A stretch of DNA of 64,000 bases from an uncultured Verrucomicrobiae bacterium (GCA_963818965.1 CAWFUG010000011.1:192001-256000), one strand, 5' to 3'. Shown: positions 1 through 11,145, numbered from the stretch's first letter. Made by a program: numbers and translations. Notes: generated by a model not told the origin, from the letters alone.

Positions 1-35
1 TACACCCCGTCGTATCAATGAGCGTATCATCTAAA

Positions 36-998
36 TCAAAGATGATTAACAACTTTCATTAACTCTTGTGCTAATTTTTTAGGATCGTGCCGAATCAAAC
101 TGCGCTTTAATAAATCCTTCTTAGGCGCTTCTTTTGGTTCACCGAGGAAAGAGGCTAAGATGACTCTACCATCTGTCAAATCATTCTCGACGAGCTCCCC
201 CTCTTCTCGGTAGACATCGATTAATTCTTGAGGGGGTTTTTGATCATTGACCAAGATATAATCGAAAATATCTTCGCCGATAAAGCGGGCGATCTCATCG
301 AGATAGTGACTCACCTTAAATCCTGTCGTCTGCCCCTTACGATTCATCAAATTGACGACAAATAGTTTTTTAGCATCAGAACTGCGCAATGCCTCACTCA
401 CCCCTTCGATTAAAAAATTGGGAATGAGCGAAGTATGCAATCCTCCTGGCCCGATCACGATCATATCTGCGTTGGCGATTTCATTGATCGCATGGGGATT
501 TGCCTTCGGAAAAGGCTCTAAATAGATACTCTTATAACCTTGATCGATCTCTTGAGAGAGGTAGATCGCCTTCTCCCCTTCTAAAAGCTGCCGATTATTG
601 AGCAACATCTTAAGGCGCACCTGGTGCGTCGTAACGGGGATGACTTTTCCTTTAATGAAGAGGATTTTTCCCATCTCCTCGACAGCTTTTTCAAAACTCC
701 CTGTCACTTTTTCCAGAGCAGATAAAAGGAGGTTGCCAAAGCTATGCCCTTCTAACCCTCCGTTTTCAAAACGGTAGTTCATCAAAGAGCGCATCATGTT
801 AGAAGAATTTGAAAGCGCAACCAAACACTGTCGAACGTCTCCTGGTGGCAACACTCCCAGCTCATCGCGCAAAATCCCCGTGCTTCCCCCGTCATCCGCC
901 ATCGAGACGATTGCGCTGAGATCGACATTGTAATTCTTAAGCCCCCTCAAAATGGAGAAATTACCCGTCCCACCGCCAATCACGACGATTTTTTTCAT
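36..998 (-). CDS. yvcK: YvcK/GlmR-like (CofD/UPF0052 family) protein
   Basis: N-terminal IGGGTG, ADDGGSTG-LR-E-G-LPPGDVR-C, GHSFGNL and GPGGL-TS motifs typical of the family. Confidence 0.88.
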   Translation of the reverse strand: MKKIVVIGGGTGNFSILRGLKNYNVDLSAIVSMADDGGSTGILRDELGVLPPGDVRQCLVALSNSSNMMRSLMNYRFENGGLEGHSFGNLLLSALEKVTGSFEKAVEEMGKILFIKGKVIPVTTHQVRLKMLLNNRQLLEGEKAIYLSQEIDQGYKSIYLEPFPKANPHAINEIANADMIVIGPGGLHTSLIPNFLIEGVSEALRSSDAKKLFVVNLMNRKGQTTGFKVSHYLDEIARFIGEDIFDYILVNDQKPPQELIDVYREEGELVENDLTDGRVILASFLGEPKEAPKKDLLKRSLIRHDPKKLAQELMKVVNHL

Positions 999-1672
999 CT
1001 CGACCCCAGTTGTTGCAACTCTCGAATCGCTTGCGCCATGTCTGGAAATTGAAAGAGATAGGAGCCTGAAACCAAATTGTTCGCCCCTGCCTCAACACAC
1101 TGCTTGGCCGTTTCGAGATTGATCCCTCCATCGACCTGAATGTCAACCGCATGCAAATTAAGCTGCTCGCAAATTCCGCGCGCAAATCGGACCTTCTCTA
1201 ATACCTCCGGCATAAAGGCTTGCCCTCCAAAGCCGGGGTGGACAGTCATTAAGAGGATCAGATCGCACTTGTCTAAATACTTAACGATCAATGACTCTGA
1301 AGTCTCGGGGCAAAAGCTCAAACCCGCCTGCGCATTGCAGCGCCGGATAAAGTTAAGCGTATCTTCGACGTCCTCAGTCGCTTCCAAATGAAAGGTGATC
1401 CGATCCGCCCCCGCTTGGACGAAGCGCTCGATGTAATCATAGGGGTTGTAAATCATGAGGTGGACATCGAGGAAAAGATCTGTCGCGCGATTGATCGCTG
1501 CAACAGAACGAGGTCCCAGACTTAAATTGGGAACGAAATGACCATCCATAATGTCGATATGGATCGCATCTGCACCCGCTTCCTCCACCCTCTTTGCCTC
1601 TTCTGCCAGCCGTCCAAAATCGGCAGAGAGGATGGAGGGTTCTACTTGTATCTTACGTTGTTTCTTTTTCAT
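995..1672 (-). CDS. rpe: ribulose-phosphate 3-epimerase
   Basis: PSILSADF, HIDIMDGHFVPNL, DVHLM, MTVHPGFGGQ and VDGGI motifs. Confidence 0.97.
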   Translation of the reverse strand: MKKKQRKIQVEPSILSADFGRLAEEAKRVEEAGADAIHIDIMDGHFVPNLSLGPRSVAAINRATDLFLDVHLMIYNPYDYIERFVQAGADRITFHLEATEDVEDTLNFIRRCNAQAGLSFCPETSESLIVKYLDKCDLILLMTVHPGFGGQAFMPEVLEKVRFARGICEQLNLHAVDIQVDGGINLETAKQCVEAGANNLVSGSYLFQFPDMAQAIRELQQLGSR

Positions 1673-1699
1673 TGTTCCAAAATAAAGAGAAGTTACTTG

Positions 1700-1729
1700 G
1701 GTATACCTTGTCTACCCCTCAAATGTCAA
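1700..1729 (-). promoter_or_regulatory. putative sigma66/sigma70-type promoter for rpe-yvcK
   Basis: TTGACA-18 nt-TATACC on the minus strand, 28 nt upstream of the rpe ATG; the -10 box coincides with a TATACCCAAGT repeat terminus. Confidence 0.5.
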
Positions 1730-1749
1730 GAAAAGAGGGAAAAAGCATG

Positions 1750-3654
1750 TCAACAATGACAAAAACTTTCTTTATAGGACACTATCCAACACTCTTTTTT
1801 TTCCTGAGAGTCTTCCCGGTAAATTCCCCCTAAGAAAAAAGCACCGTAAAGAGGAACATTTAGACTTAAGACCTGAGAGGATCGTTTATGCAGCGACGCG
1901 ACCAACTCCTCATCCACGGGAGTTTCAGAGCGCCAAAGAAAAAAAGCATACTCATCATCGATCTGAGTCAAACACCTCTCTTCCCCTGCAATGCTCTTGA
2001 GTAAGATTTTGAATAAAATTTCGAGAGGCTCTATGGGAAAGACGCTGCGAAGCTCGATGGGAAAAATAGAGTGAAAAAAGTTTTCCAAAATCCACTCATC
2101 CTTCCGGTCCCATACTCTTTTTTTCAGAGCTAAATACTGCTCGTGCTGTTTGGCAATCATTCCCCCGTTGTAATCGCGAAATTGGCCGAGGACGCTTTCC
2201 AACTCTGTGACGAGAAAATAGCGAGCCTTGAATAGATCGACTGAGCAATCGGAGCGCAAAAAGGAAGCGATGGGGATCTTTACACGAAAGACAGAGGCTT
2301 CCTTGGGGAATTTTTTACGGATCAGCCCCATTTGTCGAATCCGCTCTAAGACAATTTTTAAAAGACAGGTGCTTTTTCCAAAAACTTCTTCAATCGGCAC
2401 ATCCCCTGGCTTTAGAATCCGCAGCCAAATCACTGTAAAAGAGAGCTCTGACTCCGTCTGCTCGTCAAAAGAGATGATTGCCTGTGGGAGGTCTCTAAAA
2501 AACCGGAGCTGATTCGAGAGAGTGATGATGTTGCGCATTACCTCTTCTTCATTGCGCGGCATGAAGAGAGAATGCGCCACTTTTTCAATCCCCGCTTGCA
2601 GTTCGATAGATAATTTCTCTTTTAAACCCTCCCTTTCTAACGTTGAAAAATCGGTAAGTTCCTCTTTTTCTACTTCGAAATAGAGCAACTGAATCCTTTG
2701 CTCAGCCTGATTCTGCTCGAGATAATCGCAAAAAAAAGAATCCTCTATGACGCGCAAATCGGGAAAACGATTGGTAAAGACCTGCAAGAGATGCCTTTGA
2801 TCAAAGAGCTCATGTTTCGCTTGTAAATTCAAGCCAACACAAACCCCCAAAACGCGTCTTTGCCCCAAGGGTAAATGAAGCGCCGTCTTATAGATCTTAA
2901 TTAGCAGAAGTCGCTGTGCTGCAATCTGATCCATCTGCAAGGCGATAGAGCGGCGAAACCAATAGAAGACATAGATGATCCGACTCATGTGAAAATAATC
3001 GCGTACCGCTTTGAATTCTTCGGGACACATGACTAAAAAATGTTGCATTTGAGAGAAAATAGAATGGTCGAAATGCTCAGGGTATCTCTCGACCAAGGAA
3101 GAAATTCGCTCTTGGATTAACGAGGTCTTCTCATCCGCCGACAGCCCCTTAATTTCTAAAATGCGGTTCGCATGGTAAACAGAAATGAGCCCCAGCCGAA
3201 TCTCCGCCTCCAAAGCACTCCATTGGGAGCGGATCGCCTCCCCTTCGGAAGGGTCTCTTAAGGAAATCGTCATCTCACACAGAAGAAAATAATTTTTCCC
3301 TATTTCGTAAAACTGAAAATTTGTCGCAAAGAAAGAGGCGGGATCGAGCTTTTTACCTGGCAACAACCATCGAGTGATCATTTCATAAAAAAATTTCACC
3401 GCGTTAGTGCGATGAGAAGAGAGCAGGTAGATAGAGATATTTTTCCCCTCTCCCCATTCTACCCAATGCAAAAGGGGCAGGGTCGCCACAAAAGATTCTA
3501 AAAAATTTTCCCCTTCCCCCCACTCATAAAAGAAATCGGCGGGAAGCAGGCGCTGGATGAGATGGGAAACCCGCCCCTCCTGGAGTAGGCTATCTGGCCT
3601 GCCTGGCCCGTCCAGAGCCGTCGCAACGCGAGGAAAAGTGCTCGTGAGCTCCAT
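1750..3654 (-). CDS. hypothetical protein (~634 aa), resembles conserved environmental-chlamydial proteins
   Basis: Long ORF with motifs PRNEEEVMRNI and RDYNGGMI; likely start is ATG 3654 (MELTSTF), preceded by GAGGGG, rather than 3741; function not assigned. Confidence 0.7.
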   Translation of the reverse strand: MELTSTFPRVATALDGPGRPDSLLQEGRVSHLIQRLLPADFFYEWGEGENFLESFVATLPLLHWVEWGEGKNISIYLLSSHRTNAVKFFYEMITRWLLPGKKLDPASFFATNFQFYEIGKNYFLLCEMTISLRDPSEGEAIRSQWSALEAEIRLGLISVYHANRILEIKGLSADEKTSLIQERISSLVERYPEHFDHSIFSQMQHFLVMCPEEFKAVRDYFHMSRIIYVFYWFRRSIALQMDQIAAQRLLLIKIYKTALHLPLGQRRVLGVCVGLNLQAKHELFDQRHLLQVFTNRFPDLRVIEDSFFCDYLEQNQAEQRIQLLYFEVEKEELTDFSTLEREGLKEKLSIELQAGIEKVAHSLFMPRNEEEVMRNIITLSNQLRFFRDLPQAIISFDEQTESELSFTVIWLRILKPGDVPIEEVFGKSTCLLKIVLERIRQMGLIRKKFPKEASVFRVKIPIASFLRSDCSVDLFKARYFLVTELESVLGQFRDYNGGMIAKQHEQYLALKKRVWDRKDEWILENFFHSIFPIELRSVFPIEPLEILFKILLKSIAGEERCLTQIDDEYAFFLWRSETPVDEELVASLHKRSSQVLSLNVPLYGAFFLGGIYREDSQEKKECWIVSYKESFCHC

Positions 3655-3672
3655 GCTACCCCTCAGCGTTGT

Positions 3673-3702
3673 TATACCCTGGCCAGCTTCAGGTTGGGTA
3701 TA
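3673..3702. repeat. possible mini TATAC-family remnant
   Basis: TATACCC-16 nt-GGGTATA in the divergent intergenic region before rpsA. Confidence 0.35.
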
Positions 3703-3808
3703 TAAAAACAGTTCTAAAAACCGCAAGAGGAATTTCCCCATTGATTATATTACGAAACTTTTGATACCCTCTCTGTTTTGAATAGAAACTGTAGGAGAAA
3801 CCTTTAAC

Positions 3809-5620
3809 ATGTCCAAACAATCTCACGCCGACTGGAATACCAGCAACATCATCGACGATGTCGAGTTCCACGAAGAAGACGCAAAGCAATTTAAAAAACT
3901 GCTCAATCACAAGGAAGAAACCGCCGGGGAAGGCTCTGTCTCCTCGATGAGCTCAGGCCAAATCCTCAAGGGGCGCATCGTAGAAATCACCAAAGATTTC
4001 GTCGTCGTCGACGTCGGATTGAAATCGGAGGGACTCGTTCCTAGCGATGAATTCAGCGATCCGAGTGAACTCTCTTTAGGCTGCTGAGATCGAAGTTTAC
4101 CTCGATCAGACCGAAGGTGCTGACGGACAGATCGTCCTCTCACGTGACAAAGCGCGTCGGCAAAGACAGTGGGAATACATCGTCCACCACTGTACAGAAG
4201 GATCAATCGTCAAAGGGAAAGTCATCCGCAAAGTTAAAGGCGGCCTCATGGTCGACATCGGGATGGAGGCATTCCTACCCGGCTCTCAGATCGACAATAA
4301 GCGAATTAAAAATCTCGACGAGTTCCTCGGTCAGACATACGATTTCAAAATCCTCAAGATCAATACAGATCGCAAAAACATCGTCGTCTCACGCAGAGAG
4401 CTTCTTGGAAGAGGAGCGCATTTCTCGCAAAGCAGAACTCCTCGAGAACATCCACGAAGGGGATGTTCGCCATGGCGTCGTAAAAAATATCACCGATTTC
4501 GGCGTCTTCCTCGACCTCGATGGAATCGATGGGCTCTTACACATCACAGACATGACGTGGAAGCGCATCAAGCATCCTTCTGAAATGGTCAACTTGGGTC
4601 AAGAAATCGAAGTCATCATCCTCCATGTCGATAAAGATAAAGGACGTGTCGCTCTAGGAATGAAACAGAAAGAGAGCAATCCGTGGGAAGAAATCGAACA
4701 GCGTTACCCACCAGGAACGCGTGTCCGCGGTAAAATCGTCAATTTAGTTCCCTATGGTGCTTTTATCGAGATCGAGCCGGGAATTGAGGGATTGATCCAC
4801 GTTTCTGAGATGTCTTGGGTGAAAAACGTCACCGATCCAAGCGAAGTCGTCAAAAAAGGAGATGAAGTCGAAGCAATCGTCCTCTCTGTTCAAAAGGAAG
4901 AGGGAAAAATCTCATTGGGACTGAAACAAATCGAGACAAAATCCATGGGACGAAGTAGAAAAGAAATACCCGATTGGAAGCAGTGTCACCGCAGAAATCA
5001 GAAACTTGACAAACTACGGGGCCTTTGTAGAATTAGAGCCGGGAATCGACGGTTTGATTCATATCTCTGATCTCAGTTGGATCAAAAAAGTTTCCCATCC
5101 TTCAGAAGTGCTGAAGAAAGGAGATAAAGTCGAAGCAGTCGTTCTTTCTGTAGATAAAGAGAGCAAGAAGATCACACTGGGCGTAAAACAGCTCAGCAGT
5201 AATCCTTGGGAAAACATCGAAAAGACGATGCCAGTCGGCTCTCTTGTCAAGGGAATCGTCTCTAAAATCACAGCGTTTGGAGCCTTTATCGAACTGCCTA
5301 ACGGGATTGAAGCACTCGTCCATGTGACAGAGTTGTCAGATCAACCCTTTGGAAAAGTAGAAGATGTCGTCAGCAAAGGAGAGGAAGTCACAGCAAAAGT
5401 GATCAAGCTCGATCCTGAGCACAAAAAAATTGCCCTATCGATCAAGGAATTCCTCGTCGATAAGAACAATGTCAATTACGATGACATCGTCGTCGGAGGT
5501 GCAAAAGCACGCGCTCCTAAAAAGGCAAAAAAAGCGAAGTCTCAAGAAGAGCACGCTGAAGATGAAGAAAGCAAAGAGCGCAGAGAGCAGCCTGAAGAAG
5601 AGACGGCCTCAGAAGAGTAG
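3809..5620 (+). CDS. rpsA: 30S ribosomal protein S1, split by three +1 frameshifts (~4082, ~4407, ~4940)
   Basis: S1 repeats ([54 protein letters not shown]) spread over four ORF pieces; removing one base at each junction restores a single ~602-aa frame. Confidence 0.93.
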
Positions 5621-5639
5621 AATTTTATTAACAAATAAA

Positions 5640-5801
5640 GGTAGTGCGAAACATGTAAGGCTCGAACCCTGCGAAGCGCAAGGCGTCAAGATGCAGGGTC
5701 GAACGACGAGTCCATAGCTGATAGGCTATAGATGAGGCGAGAGACGATGCAGATTGAGACCTTCCGCGAGCAGGGTTCAGCATTAGATGTTAAGGACTAC
5801 C
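5640..5801. mobile_element. 162-bp palindromic MITE with 8-bp target-site duplication
   Basis: Ends GGTAGT...ACTACC, imperfect self-complementarity along the whole length, flanked by CAAATAAA at 5632-5639 and 5802-5809. Confidence 0.8.
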
Positions 5802-5817
5802 CAAATAAAGGGATCAG

Positions 5818-7119
5818 ATGAATAAAGATCTTGTTGCTATCTTCGAATACTTAGAGAAAGAAAAGGGAATCAAGCGCGAGATTATTATCAGTGCCATTGA
5901 GGAATCTCTTCGTGTTGCCGCTCGAAAAAGCGTGAAGGGACTCATCAACGTCTCCGTCGAAGTCAATGGAAAGACAGGCGCTATTGAAGTCGTCGCACAA
6001 AAAGAAGTCGTCGAGCACGTGACGATTCCCGAAGAGGAGATCTCTTTAGAAGCAGCACGTCTCATCGATCCCAATTGTGAAATCGGCCAGTGGGTGGATA
6101 TCACCGTAACTCCTCAAGAGTTCGGCAGGATTGCAGCCCAAACCGCCCGCCAGGTGATCGCACAGAAATTGCGCGGAGCAGAACGAGATGTCATCTATGA
6201 AGAATACCGCCATCGAATCAATGAGATCATCTCAGGGACAGTTAAACGAACGATCCGGGGCGCTACCCTAGTCGTCGATCTCGGAAAAGTAGAGGCGATT
6301 CTCCCCGACCGATTTTATCCCAAATCGGAAAAATACAACGTCGGAGACAGAGTCCAAGCCCTGCTTCTCGAAGTGAGAGATACAGAAGGGGGAGGTGCAG
6401 AAGTCATCTTATCCCGCAGCCATCCCGAGTTCGTCGCACAACTTTTTGCACAAGAGGTTCCAGAGATCGACGAAGGCACAATCGTCATCGAAAGGATTGT
6501 CCGCGATCCCGGCTATCGGACAAAACTCGCCGTTGCTTCTCAAGATCCAAAGATTGATCCTGTAGGAGCCTGTGTTGGCATTCGAGGGAATCGCATCAAA
6601 AATGTGATTCGGGAGCTCAACAACGAGAAGATCGATGTGATCCCCTACTCTGATGATTCGACCACTCTTTTAAAAAGTGCGCTGCGTCCCGTTGAAATCA
6701 AAAAGATGTTTGTCAACGATGACAAAACGAGTATGACGATTATCGTCAGCGACGAGGACTATCCTGCTGCTTTAGGAAAGCGAGGAATGAATGCACGGCT
6801 CAATGGAGAGCTTGCTAATCTCGACTTACGTGTCCAGAAATGGACTCAGTACCAAGAAGCGATGAATTTAGAACACGCCCAATTGGCAACCGGTGCAGAT
6901 CCGACACTCGATCAACCGCTCACAGCTGACGACATCAGTGGACCTACTTTACAACCTGCTCTACAAAGAGGGATGATTGTCGATAGCTTGATCGAAGCAG
7001 GATTTGACACTCCGCGCAAGGTACTCAATGCTACCTCTCAAGAGCTCGCGAGCATTCCCGAAATCAGTATTGGAATGGCTGACAACATTCTAGAACAAAT
7101 CCGCAAAAACAGGGGCTAA
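5818..7119 (+). CDS. nusA: transcription termination factor NusA
   Basis: FGRIAAQTARQVI, S1 and KH domains (RDPGYRTK, DPVGACVG-RG-RI, LGKRGMNARL). Confidence 0.98.
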   Translation: MNKDLVAIFEYLEKEKGIKREIIISAIEESLRVAARKSVKGLINVSVEVNGKTGAIEVVAQKEVVEHVTIPEEEISLEAARLIDPNCEIGQWVDITVTPQEFGRIAAQTARQVIAQKLRGAERDVIYEEYRHRINEIISGTVKRTIRGATLVVDLGKVEAILPDRFYPKSEKYNVGDRVQALLLEVRDTEGGGAEVILSRSHPEFVAQLFAQEVPEIDEGTIVIERIVRDPGYRTKLAVASQDPKIDPVGACVGIRGNRIKNVIRELNNEKIDVIPYSDDSTTLLKSALRPVEIKKMFVNDDKTSMTIIVSDEDYPAALGKRGMNARLNGELANLDLRVQKWTQYQEAMNLEHAQLATGADPTLDQPLTADDISGPTLQPALQRGMIVDSLIEAGFDTPRKVLNATSQELASIPEISIGMADNILEQIRKNRG

Positions 7120-7122
7120 CCG

Positions 7123-10068
7123 TTGGCCAAAAATTTAAAACTCAATATCAAAAACACTCAGCTCGCAGAAGCTCTAAAACTCAACCAGCTTAAAAAACCC
7201 CCTGCCAAAAAGAAAAAGGCAGCAGAAGGTCCAGAAGCTGCTCAGGAAAAAGTTCTTCCCTCTCCAGCTTTAGAGAAAGTGCCTGAAGTGGTTTCAGAAC
7301 CCACTCCGAAAGCAGCTCCAAAGCCAAGTGAGGAACCCCGTAAAGAGGAACCAGCGCCTTCGCAGCATGTCGCTAAAGCTGAAGAAGCTCCTCCTCCCAA
7401 AAAAGCTCCTCCTGAACCGACTGAGCGCAATACTGATTACGAAAGAGAGTCAAGGCCCTCCTATCCCCCCCGTCGAGAAGGAGGTTATCCTCCTAGAACA
7501 GGAAGCTCTGGAAATTATCCCCCTAGAACGGATGGCCCCAACAATTATCCTCCCAGAACCGGAGGTCCCGGAGGTTATCCCCCTAGAACGGGAGGCCCTG
7601 GCAATTATCCTCCCAGAACCGGAGGTCCGGGTGGTTATCCCCCTAGAACGGGAGGCCCCGGCAATTATCCTCCCAGAACTGGAGGTCCCGGAGGTCAAGG
7701 TGGTTACCCGCCCAGAACCGGAGGTCCGGGTGGCTATCCACCTAGAACCGGAGGTCCCGGAGGTCAAGGTGGTTACCCTCCTAGAACCGGAGGTCCAGGT
7801 GGCTATCCACCTAGAACCGGGGGTCCAGGTGGTTACCCTCCTAGAACTGGAGGCCCTGGTGGCTACCCACCCAGAACCGGAGGTCCAGGTGGCTACCCGC
7901 CCAGGACTGGAGGTCCAGGTGGTTACCCTCCTAGAACTGGAGGCCCTGGTGGCTACCCGCCTAGAACCGGAGGCCCTGGTGGTTACCCACCCAGAACCGG
8001 AGGTCCAGGTGGGTATCCGCCTAGAACCGGAGGCCCTGGTGGATATTCTCGCCCTCCTATGGGATCGTCAGACCCTTCCCGCAGTGAAAAAGGGGGAAGA
8101 GTCATCGATACTGACCGCAAAAAGCCGCTTACAAAAGACCCACGCGATACAGCGAGACCGCAGCGCAAATTCGAGCAGAAGGAATTCGATGCACGTGATC
8201 GCTTGGGGCTACGCAGCAATGATGAGCAAGGCTGGAGAAAAAAACGCTCCACTCATAAATTTAGACCCTTGCAGCAAGAAGAGATCATTCGTCCGAAATC
8301 GTTAAAAGTGCGCTTACCGATCTCCGTTAAAGATCTGGCAGCTGAAATGAAGCTCAAGGCCTCCCAACTCATCTCCAAGTTGTTCATGAAAGGAGTCATC
8401 CTGACTTTAAACGATATCTTAGACGATGAGACGACGATTCAGCTCTTGGGACACGATTTCGATTGCGAGATCACTATCGACACGACAGAAGAAGAGCGCT
8501 TGCGCATCACAGACAAGTCGATCAAGCAAGAGGTCCAAGATACAGCGCCAGAGGACCTCATCTACCGTCCTCCTGTCGTCGCCTTCATGGGCCACGTCGA
8601 CCACGGAAAGACCAGCCTCATCGATGCAATCAGAAAATCGAATGTCGCCGCAGGAGAGGCAGGCGCGATCACACAGCACATCGGCGCTTTTAAGTGCCAT
8701 ACCGATGCGGGAGATATCACCATCCTCGATACACCCGGTCACGAAGCCTTTTCTGCCATGCGTGCACGGGGAGCAGATGTCACAGACATCGTCGTCCTCG
8801 TTATCGCTGGAGATGAAGGAATCCGTCCCCAAACACTCGAGGCTATCCAACAAGCCCAAACCGCAAACGTTCCCATCGTCGTTGCGATTACCAAAAGCGA
8901 TAAACCGAATTTCAACGCAGAGAACGTCTATCGACAGCTCGCAGAACAAAGTCTTCTGCCAGAGCCATGGGGTGGCCAGACGATCACCGTCAGCTGCTCT
9001 GCCGTTTCTGGAGAAGGCTTAAAAGAGCTCCTCGAGATGCTCGCTCTACAGGCGGAAATCTTAGAGCTCAAAGCGAATCCTAAGCAAAGAGCGCGCGGCA
9101 CGGTCATCGAATCAGAGATGCATAAAGGGATGGGCGCTGTTGCGACTCTCCTCGTTCAAAACGGAATTTTACGCATCGGCGATCCGGTCGTCTTTGCGCA
9201 GAATTACGCACGAGTCAAGACAATGCAAGATGAGTTTGGGCGCGATCTATTGGAAGCGGGTCCATCGACTCCCGTCAAGATCACAGGACTCTCTGGACTT
9301 CCTGAAGCCGGTAGCGAATTCATCGTCGTCAAGAGTGATAAAGAGGCGATGGAGATCGCAGAAAAACGGATGGAAGGAAAACGCTATGCCCAACTACAGA
9401 CAAAACGGGTTGGAATGGAATCTTTCCTCGCAGAAAAATCTACAGCCGTTCAGAAGAAAATTCTCAATCTGATTTTGAGAGCAGACGTCCAAGGTTCTGT
9501 CGAAGCCTTAAAGACCTCCCTCTTAAAAATCGCAACGCAAAAAGTAGAGCTGAATATCCTCTCCGCAGCCGTCGGCGAGATTTCAGAGTCTGATGTGCAA
9601 TTGGCAAGTGCCTCTAAAGCGACGATCATCGGGTTTCACACCCAAATCGAAAGCCATGCAGAGAGCTTGATCAAACAACTGAAGATCACTGTCAAAATGC
9701 ACGACATCATCTACCACGCGGTCGATGACGTCAGAGAAATGATGAAGAACTTGCTCGATAAACTCCCGCAAGAGACAGATCTCGGCGCTGCAGAAGTGCG
9801 CATGACCTTCAAAGCCTCCCAGCTCGGCGTCATCGCAGGATGTATCGTCACTGAAGGAATCATCAAACGCAACTGCCATATCCGCCAGATCCGTGACGGC
9901 AAAATGATCTGGAAAGGCCCGATCGCTTCCCTCAAAAGGGTCAAAGAAGACGTTCGCGAAGTCTCAAAGGGATACGAGTGTGGAATCTTACTGCAAAACA
10001 ACGATGACCTAAAAGCGGAAGATATCCTCCAAGCCTTTGAAATTACTTATTTAGAACAAGAGCTATAA
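7123..10068 (+). CDS. infB: translation initiation factor IF-2 with a long N-terminal repeat insert
   Basis: [35 protein letters not shown] and ECGI motifs; TTG start; downstream of nusA. Confidence 0.98.
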   Translation: MAKNLKLNIKNTQLAEALKLNQLKKPPAKKKKAAEGPEAAQEKVLPSPALEKVPEVVSEPTPKAAPKPSEEPRKEEPAPSQHVAKAEEAPPPKKAPPEPTERNTDYERESRPSYPPRREGGYPPRTGSSGNYPPRTDGPNNYPPRTGGPGGYPPRTGGPGNYPPRTGGPGGYPPRTGGPGNYPPRTGGPGGQGGYPPRTGGPGGYPPRTGGPGGQGGYPPRTGGPGGYPPRTGGPGGYPPRTGGPGGYPPRTGGPGGYPPRTGGPGGYPPRTGGPGGYPPRTGGPGGYPPRTGGPGGYPPRTGGPGGYSRPPMGSSDPSRSEKGGRVIDTDRKKPLTKDPRDTARPQRKFEQKEFDARDRLGLRSNDEQGWRKKRSTHKFRPLQQEEIIRPKSLKVRLPISVKDLAAEMKLKASQLISKLFMKGVILTLNDILDDETTIQLLGHDFDCEITIDTTEEERLRITDKSIKQEVQDTAPEDLIYRPPVVAFMGHVDHGKTSLIDAIRKSNVAAGEAGAITQHIGAFKCHTDAGDITILDTPGHEAFSAMRARGADVTDIVVLVIAGDEGIRPQTLEAIQQAQTANVPIVVAITKSDKPNFNAENVYRQLAEQSLLPEPWGGQTITVSCSAVSGEGLKELLEMLALQAEILELKANPKQRARGTVIESEMHKGMGAVATLLVQNGILRIGDPVVFAQNYARVKTMQDEFGRDLLEAGPSTPVKITGLSGLPEAGSEFIVVKSDKEAMEIAEKRMEGKRYAQLQTKRVGMESFLAEKSTAVQKKILNLILRADVQGSVEALKTSLLKIATQKVELNILSAAVGEISESDVQLASASKATIIGFHTQIESHAESLIKQLKITVKMHDIIYHAVDDVREMMKNLLDKLPQETDLGAAEVRMTFKASQLGVIAGCIVTEGIIKRNCHIRQIRDGKMIWKGPIASLKRVKEDVREVSKGYECGILLQNNDDLKAEDILQAFEITYLEQEL
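7462..8046 (+). repeat. coding tandem repeat, 19 x YPPR(TGGPGG) units (30-bp period) in IF-2
   Basis: Counted in the translation; 30-bp units with synonymous third-position variation, two units carry a GGQ insertion. Confidence 0.95.
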
Positions 10069-10072
10069 TACT

Positions 10073-10450
10073 ATGGCAAAAAATCGCGTAGCGAGATTGA
10101 ATTCCCTCCTCAGAGAAGTTCTCTCTGAGGTCATTCGAAAAGAGGTGCGTAACCCCTTAGTCAGTGAATTTTTCACTGTCACTCAGGTCGAGATCACCCG
10201 GGATTTGCAATACGCCAAAGTCCATGTCAGCGTCATCGGAACAGAGAAACAAAAAGAAGACACCATCAAGGCCCTGCAATCGGCGGCGGGATTCATCGCT
10301 TGCCACGCCTCGAAAAAGGTCGTCATGCGCTACTTCCCCTCCCTCGATTTCAAACTCGATTCCTCTGTCGACCAGCAAATGCGCGTCGAAACTCTTCTCA
10401 GCGAGATCAAAGAAGAGAGACAATCGAGAACCACACAGACAGAGCTCTAA
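10073..10450 (+). CDS. rbfA: ribosome-binding factor A
   Basis: RVARLNSLLRE, DLQYAKVHVS, ALQSAAGFI and RYFPSLDFKLDSS; follows infB. Confidence 0.96.
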   Translation: MAKNRVARLNSLLREVLSEVIRKEVRNPLVSEFFTVTQVEITRDLQYAKVHVSVIGTEKQKEDTIKALQSAAGFIACHASKKVVMRYFPSLDFKLDSSVDQQMRVETLLSEIKEERQSRTTQTEL

Positions 10451-10452
10451 AG

Positions 10453-11145
10453 ATGTCTCTCCTCAGAGAATCCTACTGCACTGGAATCCTGCCCATCGAC
10501 AAGCCCAGAGGGAAGACTTCCTTTAGTCTCGTCTCACTCTTGAGAAAATTGACCCATATCAAGACCATCGGGCACGCAGGCACGCTCGACCCCTTTGCAG
10601 AAGGGGTCATGATCCTCCTCATCGGCAAAGAATACACCCGCACCAGTAACACGTTCTTAAACCAAGACAAAGAGTACTCCGCAGAAGTACACCTCGGCAT
10701 CGAAACAGATAGCTTCGATACCGATGGAGTCATCGTCAAAGAGAGCCCCTACATTCCCACACTCGAAGAGATCACAGCTGCGCTCCTCAACTTCCAAGGA
10801 ACCTTCCTCCAAGTCCCTCCGATGTTTTCCGCTAAAAAAGTAGAAGGAAAAAAGCTCTACGAACTCGCGCGCAAAGGGATCACGATCGAACGAGAGCCCG
10901 TTTCCGTAACAGCCCGTACGGAATTGCTCGCATACGCCTACCCCAAACTTCAGCTAAAAGTCAGCTGCTCTAAGGGAACCTACATCCGCTCCATCGCCCA
11001 CGAGCTCGGCATCCACTTAGGTTGCGGTGCCCATCTCTCCGCCCTTACCCGCACGCGCAGCGGCACGTTCACTCTGGACCAGTGCTGCAATGGCACTCTC
11101 TTGGGCGACCCGAATTACCCCTGGATGCAGTACCTTCAGACTTAA
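10453..11145 (+). CDS. truB: tRNA pseudouridine(55) synthase
   Basis: DKPRGKTS, GHAGTLDPFAEG, QVPPMFSAKKVEG and CSKGTYIRS; true start likely ATG 10453. Confidence 0.96.
   Translation: MSLLRESYCTGILPIDKPRGKTSFSLVSLLRKLTHIKTIGHAGTLDPFAEGVMILLIGKEYTRTSNTFLNQDKEYSAEVHLGIETDSFDTDGVIVKESPYIPTLEEITAALLNFQGTFLQVPPMFSAKKVEGKKLYELARKGITIEREPVSVTARTELLAYAYPKLQLKVSCSKGTYIRSIAHELGIHLGCGAHLSALTRTRSGTFTLDQCCNGTLLGDPNYPWMQYLQT

Noticed and set aside
3809..5620. Programmed frameshifting or true pseudogene in rpsA
   Set aside because: Three shifts with no consistent slippery motif in an essential gene; sequence error is more parsimonious
5430..5717. 95-aa ORF running into the rpsA-nusA spacer
   Set aside because: Out-of-frame overlap with rpsA that extends into the palindromic element
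7462..8046. 30-bp periodic repeat as a CRISPR array
   Set aside because: No unique spacers, in frame within infB, and no cas genes in the window
7328..8305. 325-aa PEPEV-repeat ORF overlapping infB
   Set aside because: Alternative-frame shadow of the stop-free infB repeat
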